The notes under the pieces were generated by a model. The model was not told the DNA's origin and did not search any database. It worked only from the letters and a program-made list of their open reading frames with translations. Both the position numbers and the translations under genes were made by a program. 64,000 nucleotides of DNA from Polaromonas sp. (GTDB lineage Bacteria; Pseudomonadota; Gammaproteobacteria; Burkholderiales; Burkholderiaceae_C): the NCBI GenBank assembly GCA_043756405.1, contig JAYURC010000123.1, positions 3,836-67,835 on the forward strand, read 5' to 3'. Numbering within the stretch: position 1 is the first letter of the stretch; every line of letters begins with the position of its first letter. Positions 56,892 to 64,000 of this stretch are shown one piece after another.

Positions 56892-58312
56892 CCATGAATC
56901 AACTTAGCCGATTTGCCACGCTGCTGTGGATCGCACGCAAAGACTTTAAAGAATACCTGCGCGATGGCCGCCTGCATTGGGCGGGGGGCATGGTACTGGT
57001 TTTGATGTTGACGGCGCTGGCTGTGGGCTGGCAAAACCAGCGCGCCATCAGCGGTGAACGAACCGTTGCACAAAAGCTTGATTACAAAGATTGGGTGAGC
57101 CAAAACACGCGCCACCCGCATGACGCAGCGCACCAGGGCATGCATGTCTTCAAGCCTGAACCGCCGCTGTCGGTGATCGACCCAGGCATCACGCCGTATG
57201 TTGGATCAACCTTGTGGTTGCAGGCGCACCGACAAAGCGAAGTTAAATTTCGCCCGGCACAAGATGCCACCGGCTTACAGCGGCTGGGGCAACTCAGCGC
57301 TGCGTGGGTGCTGCAGGTACTAGGGCCGCTGCTGATTGTGGTGCTGGGATTTAATTCGTTTGCGGGTGAGCGTGAGAGCGGCACACTTCGGCAAACCTTG
57401 AGTTTGGGCATCACGCCACGTCAGCTGCTGTGGGGCAAGGCGCTTGGCCTGGGCGCTTGCCTGGCAGTGCTGCTGATACCTGCCGGATTGGCCACACTGG
57501 TTGCCAGCTTATGGGGACTAGAGCCGTCACTACAGGCTGACGCCGCCTGGCGGTTGTTGGGCTTGAGCTTGGGATACGCCGTGTATTTGCTGATTGCAGT
57601 GTTTGTGGTGCTGGCCGTATCAGGCTGGGCACGCAACGCACGCATTTCACTTGTTGTGTTGCTAGGACTCTGGATTGTCGGCACGCTGATGGTGCCGCGC
57701 GCCGCTTCAGACCTAGCGCGTACGCTCAACCCCAGCCCCACACGACTGGCATTCAGCCAAAAAATGAATGCTGACCTAGGAGCAAGTTACCAGCAGGCGT
57801 GGAAGGAGAAGTTGGGCTCTGACAAGCGCTGGGGTGCCGATGTTCCGCTGAACAAATGGGGCATTGCCTTGCAGATAGACGACCAGGCAGGTTATGGTGT
57901 GACTGACAAGCATTTTGGCCGCCTGTGGGACGCTTTTGAAGAGCAGCAGCGCAGCCAGGTTTGGGCCGGTCTGGTTGTGCCCTTGCTCGCGCTGCGGTCC
58001 TACTCAATGGGCATGGCGAGTACCGACTTTGCCAATCACCGGGATTTTTCGGTCGCAGCAGAGCAGCACCGCCGTTTAATGCAAGACCTGATGAGCGCCG
58101 ACTTGGTCAAACACGCAGACAAATTGCACAACCAGCACTTTGCTTACCAGGCCGATGCAAAACTGTGGGCTACCGTGCCGCGCTTCAGTTATCAGTTACC
58201 TAGCGCTGGCGTGTCGTTTCAAAACAATCTTGCAAGCCTTCTGGTTCTGCTAGCCGTGTTGGCAGCAAGCATTCAGGTAGCGCGTGTGGCTTGTACGCGC
58301 CCTTTGCAGTAA
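56888..58312 (+). CDS. ABC-2 permease, DUF3526-like
   Basis: 474 aa. It overlaps the ATPase stop. It has an N-terminal TM, a large extracytoplasmic segment, an ABC-2 TM bundle (…FAGERESGTLRQTL…), and a C-terminal extra domain plus TM. Confidence 0.7.
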   Translation: MTMNQLSRFATLLWIARKDFKEYLRDGRLHWAGGMVLVLMLTALAVGWQNQRAISGERTVAQKLDYKDWVSQNTRHPHDAAHQGMHVFKPEPPLSVIDPGITPYVGSTLWLQAHRQSEVKFRPAQDATGLQRLGQLSAAWVLQVLGPLLIVVLGFNSFAGERESGTLRQTLSLGITPRQLLWGKALGLGACLAVLLIPAGLATLVASLWGLEPSLQADAAWRLLGLSLGYAVYLLIAVFVVLAVSGWARNARISLVVLLGLWIVGTLMVPRAASDLARTLNPSPTRLAFSQKMNADLGASYQQAWKEKLGSDKRWGADVPLNKWGIALQIDDQAGYGVTDKHFGRLWDAFEEQQRSQVWAGLVVPLLALRSYSMGMASTDFANHRDFSVAAEQHRRLMQDLMSADLVKHADKLHNQHFAYQADAKLWATVPRFSYQLPSAGVSFQNNLASLLVLLAVLAASIQVARVACTRPLQ

Positions 58313-58319
58313 AGGTTTT

Positions 58320-59792
58320 ATGCGCACATTTCTAACCTCATGGCAGCTTTTTTGTACGGTATTCAAGCACGAAGGCAAGGTACTTTTTGCAGACCGAACG
58401 CTGTGGCTGGTGGGCGGCTTGCTTTCAGCACTGTTGGCATACGCGCTTGTAAATGGCATGCAACATACGCAGGCACGCACAGACGCTGCGTCGGTAGTGT
58501 TAAAGCGCCAGGCTGATCAACAGGTCAGCAATCTTGACCTGCTCAACCGCATGATGGCTGGCAAGGCCACACCTGAGCCGTTTGCCAACCCGGCTGACCC
58601 GGCGTCGGTGGGCAGCGGTATGGGCGGGCGCTACGCCGTGTTGCCGACGACGGTGTTGGCTCCCGTAGCTGTTGGTCAGTCAGACATGTTCAGCCACTAC
58701 TACCAGGTGACTTACCGCAGCAAGCTCAATTTCATGTACGACAGTGAAATTGAAAACCCCTGGAACCTGCTGTCGGGGCATTTCGACTTGGCCTTTGTCG
58801 TGGTTTACCTGTTGCCTCTGCTGATTTTTGCATTGAGCTACAACCTGCTGTCTGCCGAGCGTGAACAAGGCACGCTGCGCATGCTGTTGTCGCAACCGCT
58901 GGGCTTGCCCGTTTTGGTTACAGCCAAGCTGGCTGTGCGCGCTACGGCTGTAATTGGTATCGCTGTTATGTTGCCACTGCTGATATTGACTCTGCACCGG
59001 CCAGAAGTCCGGCAAATGGCAGCACTGCCCTTGCTCTTGACCTGGTCAAGCCTGGTGGCCAGCTATGCGCTGTTCTGGTTTGTTCTTTGCGCAGCTGTCA
59101 ACGCCATCGGACGGTCATCGGCAGCCAACGCACTGATGCTGATTGGTGGCTGGGTCGTGTTGGTGTTGGTGGTACCCGTGCTGCTTAATCTGGTGGTGGG
59201 GCTGGTCAGCCCCGCTCCATCGCGTACAGAGCTAGCCACAAGTACACGGCTGATCACGATTGAAGGCCTGAACCGCTATAACAAACTGCTCAGCACCGAC
59301 TATCGTTACATCGACAAACCAGAAGTACTGATACCCAAAAACGGCAAGATCGAAGTCCCTCCGCGCAGGCAGGGCGCGTACATGTTGCAACGCGACGTAG
59401 ACAAGGCGATACAGCCAGTGCTGGACCAGTTTGATGCCCAACTCGCGGAGCAACAGGCGCTGGTCGAGCGTTTCGGCTTTCTGTCACCAGCCATCGTGGC
59501 GCATGAAGGCATGGCCGCGCTGGCGGGCAATGGGTCACGCCGCTACCTGGAGTTTCAAAGCCAGGTCAGTAATTTTCATGCGTTATGGAAGCAGTTTTTT
59601 GAACCTCGCATGTTGACGGGTACAGCGATTGTTGAAGCTGACTTTGAACGCATGCCCCGCTTTGAATGGCAAGAAGCACCTGCCAGTGACCTGCGTGCTG
59701 ACAGTTTGCTGCGACTGGTACAGCTGCTAGCCTTGACATTGTTGCTGGCCGGATCTACCGCCTGGCGCCTACGCCGCTACCCGGTTGTTTAA
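58320..59792 (+). CDS. ABC-2 permease, DUF3526-like (paralogue)
   Basis: ~490 aa with the same architecture (…LSAEREQGTLRMLL…). The start was chosen at MRTFLTS. Confidence 0.7.
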   Translation: MRTFLTSWQLFCTVFKHEGKVLFADRTLWLVGGLLSALLAYALVNGMQHTQARTDAASVVLKRQADQQVSNLDLLNRMMAGKATPEPFANPADPASVGSGMGGRYAVLPTTVLAPVAVGQSDMFSHYYQVTYRSKLNFMYDSEIENPWNLLSGHFDLAFVVVYLLPLLIFALSYNLLSAEREQGTLRMLLSQPLGLPVLVTAKLAVRATAVIGIAVMLPLLILTLHRPEVRQMAALPLLLTWSSLVASYALFWFVLCAAVNAIGRSSAANALMLIGGWVVLVLVVPVLLNLVVGLVSPAPSRTELATSTRLITIEGLNRYNKLLSTDYRYIDKPEVLIPKNGKIEVPPRRQGAYMLQRDVDKAIQPVLDQFDAQLAEQQALVERFGFLSPAIVAHEGMAALAGNGSRRYLEFQSQVSNFHALWKQFFEPRMLTGTAIVEADFERMPRFEWQEAPASDLRADSLLRLVQLLALTLLLAGSTAWRLRRYPVV

Positions 59793-59835
59793 ATTTTTTC
59801 TGTTTTCTTTTTTTACTCATACCTAAAAATTACCT

Positions 59836-62028
59836 ATGAAACTTCAAAAACTATCGCTCGTCATGGTGGGTGTACAAGCCCTTCTGCTGGCCACGGCTGT
59901 GCAGTCACAAACCACGTTGAAACAAGTCGATGTGCGCGAAAGCCAGCAAGACCTGTCGCCCAACCTGACTGAAAAAACCGGGGCTGCTTCGCGACTGGGT
60001 TTGAGCATCAAAGACACGCCTGCATCGGTGGATGTCATCACGCAGGAGCAAATGGAGCAGCGCGGTGCGCGTACCTTTGAAGAAGCGCTGCGCGGTGGCG
60101 TTGGCATGTCTGCAGGCGGCAACCCGGGTTCGCCATCGATTGGGTCAACACGCGGTTTTACCGGCGGTTTTATTTCGTACCTGTATGACGGCAGCCGTAT
60201 CTCCAGCGCAGGCATGGCCAGCCGCCCGCAAGATACTTTTAACTACGAGCGCATTGCGATACTGAAAGGACCAGCTTCGGTGCTGTACGGCGAGGGCGCC
60301 ATTGGCGGTGTGGTCAATTTTGTGACCAAACGGCCTGACCGCAACAACCCGTCAAAAGAAGCGATGATTTCTTATGGCAGTTTCAACACCCTGCGCGCAG
60401 GTGCTGGTCTCGGCGTGAACATCGGTCAGGACAGCGCCCTGCGGGTTGACTTTAGCCACATGCAAACTGATGGCCACATTGAGCGCAACAAACAGCGATT
60501 GAACAACCTGACGCTAGGCTTTGCAACCAGGCTGGCGCGTGATGTGAAGCTTGATTTGTCGGTGGACTACCTGAGCGACAGCGCATCGTCGTACTGGGGC
60601 AGCGTGCTGGTGCCCGCCACCTTTGCACTTCAGCCAACGAGTGCAGTCACAGACTCTGCAGGCCGCGTCATTGACCGCCGCCTTGCCTTTAAAAACTACA
60701 ACGTTGACGATGGCATCATGCGCAACGACAGTCTGTGGACACGCGCCAAGCTGCAATGGGACATAAACCCCGACTGGACATTGCGCAACGAACTGTCGTA
60801 CTACACCGCAGACAGGCTGTGGCGCAATTCTGAAACCTACAGCTTTGCTGCGCCTAATCTGCTGAACCGCAGCCTGACTAGCATTAGCCATGACCACCAG
60901 GTGCTCAGTAACCGGCTGGACTTGACCAACACCAGCAGCATTGGCGGCATAAAAAACAAGTTTGTTGCCGGTCTGGAATACACCAGCACCACCTTTAGCA
61001 GCGAGCGGCGCTTTTCAAATGGCTCAGCCGCCACCAATGCAGCGTTAAGGGTAGATATTTTGAATCCGGTTTACGGCAATTACAGCGAAAACCCCGCGTT
61101 TTTTACTGGCGCTGGTAACCGGACCAATTTCGCCACCGAAATTCCGGTGTTGTCGCTGTTTGCTGAAGATGCGTTATCTGTCACTGACAAGTTGACCTTG
61201 GTGGCAGGCATACGCATCGACTCAGGCGAAATTGAACGCAAAAATTTTGACCTGAATACCAACGCTACAACAGCGTTTAGCCAAAGCTACAACGCCACAT
61301 CAACACGCCTGGGTGCTGTTTATGCATTTGACAAAGACAGTTCTGTGTATGCCCAGTACACCGACGCTGTTGCCCCGGTTGGCGGCAGCAATTTGCTATT
61401 GCTGTCAGCAATCAATTCTGCCTTCAAGTTATCCAAGGGCGTACAGACTGAAATTGGCTTCAAGCAATCGGCACTCGGTGGCCAGCTTGATTACACGGTA
61501 TCGGTTTACAGCATCAAGCTGTCCAACATTTTGTCGCGCGACACGACCTTGCCTGCCTTGGTGGTCAATACCGGTTCGCAGTCCTCTAACGGTGTTGAGC
61601 TGGCTGCGGCCTGGCGCGCCACCAGACAGTTGAGCGTGAGCGGCAACTACGCACGTGTTAACGCAAAGTTTGACAGTCTGCTGGAGGCGGGCGGCGTGTC
61701 CCGCGCGGGCAACAAGCCTCCCAACGTGCCCAACGTGGTGGCCAACCTGTGGGTGGACTACAAACTCAGCAATTCACCCCTCAAGGTTGGCATGGGTCTG
61801 AACCGCACTGGCGAAGCCTTCACGGGTAACGACAACCGGGTCAAGCTCAATGCCCGCACCACGGCAGATGCCTACGCCAACTGGGACTTCAAACCAGGTG
61901 TCGTCAGCGTTCGGGTGCGCAACCTGACTAACAAACTGTATGCAACATGGGGTGGCTCAAGTGCTGCCAATCAGGTAATGGTTGCCGCACCGCGCAGTGT
62001 GGATGTCAGTTACCGGGTTGCTTTTTAA
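59836..62028 (+). CDS. TonB-dependent siderophore-type receptor
   Basis: 730 aa with a signal peptide, a plug (DTPASVDVITQEQMEQRG…ILKGPASVLYGEGAIGGVVNFVTKRP), and a barrel ending in YRVAF. Confidence 0.85.
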   Translation: MKLQKLSLVMVGVQALLLATAVQSQTTLKQVDVRESQQDLSPNLTEKTGAASRLGLSIKDTPASVDVITQEQMEQRGARTFEEALRGGVGMSAGGNPGSPSIGSTRGFTGGFISYLYDGSRISSAGMASRPQDTFNYERIAILKGPASVLYGEGAIGGVVNFVTKRPDRNNPSKEAMISYGSFNTLRAGAGLGVNIGQDSALRVDFSHMQTDGHIERNKQRLNNLTLGFATRLARDVKLDLSVDYLSDSASSYWGSVLVPATFALQPTSAVTDSAGRVIDRRLAFKNYNVDDGIMRNDSLWTRAKLQWDINPDWTLRNELSYYTADRLWRNSETYSFAAPNLLNRSLTSISHDHQVLSNRLDLTNTSSIGGIKNKFVAGLEYTSTTFSSERRFSNGSAATNAALRVDILNPVYGNYSENPAFFTGAGNRTNFATEIPVLSLFAEDALSVTDKLTLVAGIRIDSGEIERKNFDLNTNATTAFSQSYNATSTRLGAVYAFDKDSSVYAQYTDAVAPVGGSNLLLLSAINSAFKLSKGVQTEIGFKQSALGGQLDYTVSVYSIKLSNILSRDTTLPALVVNTGSQSSNGVELAAAWRATRQLSVSGNYARVNAKFDSLLEAGGVSRAGNKPPNVPNVVANLWVDYKLSNSPLKVGMGLNRTGEAFTGNDNRVKLNARTTADAYANWDFKPGVVSVRVRNLTNKLYATWGGSSAANQVMVAAPRSVDVSYRVAF

Positions 62029-62047
62029 GAACGGTTAGTCGCGCCCC

Positions 62048-63595
62048 ATGAGCACCAGCGCGAGCACTCCCATAAAAAAGCTGACACACAAAACTCTGGT
62101 CTTTCTTCACAAGTGGCTGGGTGTTGTTCTTGCGCTGTTGTTCCTGTTCTGGTTTGTCAGCGGTGTGGTGTTGTACTTTGTACCGTTTCCGGGTTTAACT
62201 CAGACCGAGCGGCTGGCTGGACTTACAACGCTAACCTTGCCCACAGGCTGCTGCCTGACAGCCGACCAAGCCGCCACTAGCGCAGGTTTAAAAGTCAATG
62301 ATGCACGACTTGGCATGCACGATCGCAAACCTGTTTGGCGACTGCTGGGCAAGCCAGTTGGTGACGCGCAAGCTACCCCACAATGGCGGGCAGTTGATGC
62401 GCAGAATGGGCAAATCCTGCCGACCTTGTCTGCAGGCGATGCCCACCAGGTAGCCGAAGCTTTCAGCGGCAAGAAAGCCCTTGCGTCCGAGCTGCTGGAG
62501 CGAGACCAGTGGACAGTTCCACAGGGCCTGAACCCTTACCGTCCCCTGCAGCGCATCGAAATAGGTGGGCCTGACGGGCTGGAGTTGTATGTGTCAGCCA
62601 ACTCCGCCGAGGTGGTACGCGACACCCGGCGCGCCGAGCGTTTCTGGAACTGGCTGGGCGCAGTACCTCACTGGATTTACTTCACCGAACTGCGCCGCTA
62701 CCCGGACGCCTGGCACAACGTAGTCGTGTGGCTGTAAATACCTGGCGTGATTTTGGCCGTTACCGGCATCGTGCTGGGTACTTGGCATTTGTTTATCAAT
62801 CGCATGCGCTGGATTCCCTACCGCCAATGGTGGATGCGCTGGCATCACATCATGGGTTTGACTGCAGCTATCGTGACGCTGACCTGGATATTTTCTGGTC
62901 TGCTTTCGATGAACCCGTTCAAGGTATTTTCGCCACGCTCGGCGCTGCACAGCGAGCATCTGCAGTGGCAGGGACCCAAAGCGGCTGTGATGCTTACACC
63001 AGCGCAGGCACTGATGTTATCGGACGCAACAGACATCAAGGAAATGGATGTCGTTCAGGTGGCTGGGCAAAGCTGGTATCGGCTTTGGGGTGTTAACGGG
63101 CAAACTTTGGTACGTGCCGACAGGCCGATTTCGAATGTTGCGTCACAAGTCCTAAACGCCCTGCCAGATGAAACCATACAAGTCGGCCTGCTGGGTTTGC
63201 GGCCAGGCGCAGGGACTTCGGGCTCTGTGGCTTTAACAAAATTGTCAGCCTATGACAACCAATACTATGCCCGCGAAGTGACTGAAAACACCCGTTACAC
63301 CAGGCCGCTGCCGGTGTGGCGTGCGCAGTGGCCCGATGGTGTGGCCATGTATGCCGACCCGACATCTGGCAAGCTGCTTTTGCGCGCTGATGAGTCCAAC
63401 CGCTGGCAGCGCGTGCTGTACAACGGACTGCACAGCTTTGATTTTGCACCGCTGCTAAGTCGTCCTTGGTTGAGAGACGCGTTGATTCTGATTTTTTCAA
63501 TGCTTGGCACGGCGCTGTGCGTCACGTCTTGCGTCATTGCATGGCGGGTGTTGGTGCCGCGCAAACGCAGGTCTGCCGAGGTGAAGCCGCATTAA
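62048..63595 (+). pseudogene. PepSY-associated TM (PiuB-like) protein interrupted by an in-frame TAA
   Basis: The ORFs 62048-62737 and 62747-63595 are in the same frame, separated only by TAA at 62735-62737 (…WHNVVVWL*IPGVILAVTGIV…). Read together they give a typical ~515-aa PepSY-TM protein. Confidence 0.6.
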
Positions 63596-63634
63596 CCGTT
63601 CTACCCTACGCTGTCGGTGCGGTATAAACAAACC

Positions 63635-64000
63635 ATGACTGAAAAGCAAAGCATCCCTACCCACCTGCGTACCCACACCTTTCACGGCCTGGCCCCCGGC
63701 CCGGCGCTGCTGGTACTCGGCGCGGTGCACGGCAACGAGATATGCGGCACGCGCGCCATCATGCAGCTGCTGCAAGACGTTGACGCTGGCTCGCTGGCAA
63801 TTGAGCGCGGCTCGGTGACGTTTGTGCCCATCACCAACCCGCTGGCGCATCAGCTCAAACGGCGCGTTGGCGACCGCAATTTAAACCGCAACATGGCGCC
63901 CAGCGCTATACCGCAAGACTTTGAAGACCGCATTGCCAACGTGCTGTGCCCACTGCTGGACGCGCATGACGTGCTGCTGGATTTGCATTCGTTTCACACA
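63635..64000 (+). CDS. Succinylglutamate desuccinylase/aspartoacylase (AstE/AspA, M14-like) family protein, 3'-truncated
   Basis: My own translation from ATG 63635 gives MTEKQSIPTHLRTHTFHGLAPGPALLVLGAVHGNEICG…DRNLNRN…LLDLHSFH. It contains the HGNE zinc-ligand motif and runs off the window end. Confidence 0.7.
   Translation, partial: MTEKQSIPTHLRTHTFHGLAPGPALLVLGAVHGNEICGTRAIMQLLQDVDAGSLAIERGSVTFVPITNPLAHQLKRRVGDRNLNRNMAPSAIPQDFEDRIANVLCPLLDAHDVLLDLHSFHT

Noticed and set aside
59793-59835. Fur or Zur box in front of the second TonB-dependent receptor
   Set aside because: The spacer is AT/T-rich but contains no dyad resembling either the classic Fur box or the TGCAA/TTGCA palindromes seen at 53201-53241.
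1-64000. Mobile elements, prophage, defence systems, tRNA or rRNA genes
   Set aside because: No transposase, integrase, restriction-modification, toxin-antitoxin or Cas-like proteins were recognisable in any frame. No cloverleaf-like or rRNA-like sequence was noticed in the few non-coding gaps.

Overview
The window is a densely coding chromosomal segment. By gene order and protein sequence it looks betaproteobacterial, probably Burkholderiales/Comamonadaceae; this is inference by eye, with no search run. I found no rRNA, tRNA, CRISPR array, IS element, integrase or phage gene. The content falls into three blocks.

(1) 1-16.4 kb is a phosphate block. It holds pstSCAB-phoU-phoBR as one co-directional unit, a fasciclin gene behind a Pho box, and ppx. 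A Lys/Ala/Pro-rich protein with a ribbon-helix-helix-like C-terminus lies between ppx and sixA-ppk. Upstream of ppk on the same strand are an OlsB-like N-acyltransferase, a PlcP-like metallophosphoesterase and a GT4 glycosyltransferase, which together look like a phosphate-starvation membrane-lipid remodelling module. A tandem Pho box about 300 bp upstream of that module appears to drive a structured transcript of about 215 nt that ends in a terminator-like hairpin.

(2) 16.5-47.2 kb is housekeeping: lgt, ilvD, cytochrome c, acs, a CaCA antiporter, mrpA-G, divergent fumC and class I fumarase, murI, a PaoABC-like molybdoenzyme, orn, an M48 peptidase, phhB, rsgA, a NUDIX hydrolase and rpsP-rimM-trmD-rplS.

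(3) 47.2-64 kb is a metal (most likely zinc) acquisition block arranged around a Fur-family (Zur-like) gene and an AT-rich divergent control region with three overlapping TGCAA-N5-TTGCA palindromes.
- Leftward: zur, a MacB/FtsX-type ABC system, a small secreted Cys/His protein, a DUF3299-like protein, a (DH)4(GH)4 His-rich protein and a ZnuD-like TonB-dependent receptor.
- Rightward: two COG0523 GTPases flanking a DsrE-like protein, an ABC-2 exporter with two DUF3526-like permeases, a second TonB-dependent receptor, a PepSY membrane protein interrupted by an in-frame TAA, and an AstE/AspA-family gene cut by the window edge.

Block (3) and the Pho-box-driven structured RNA are the least understood and most interesting parts. 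A dispersed ~50-bp repeat family also occurs four times, once inside the 3' end of an ABC ATPase gene. All family assignments come from reading motifs in the translations, not from database searches.
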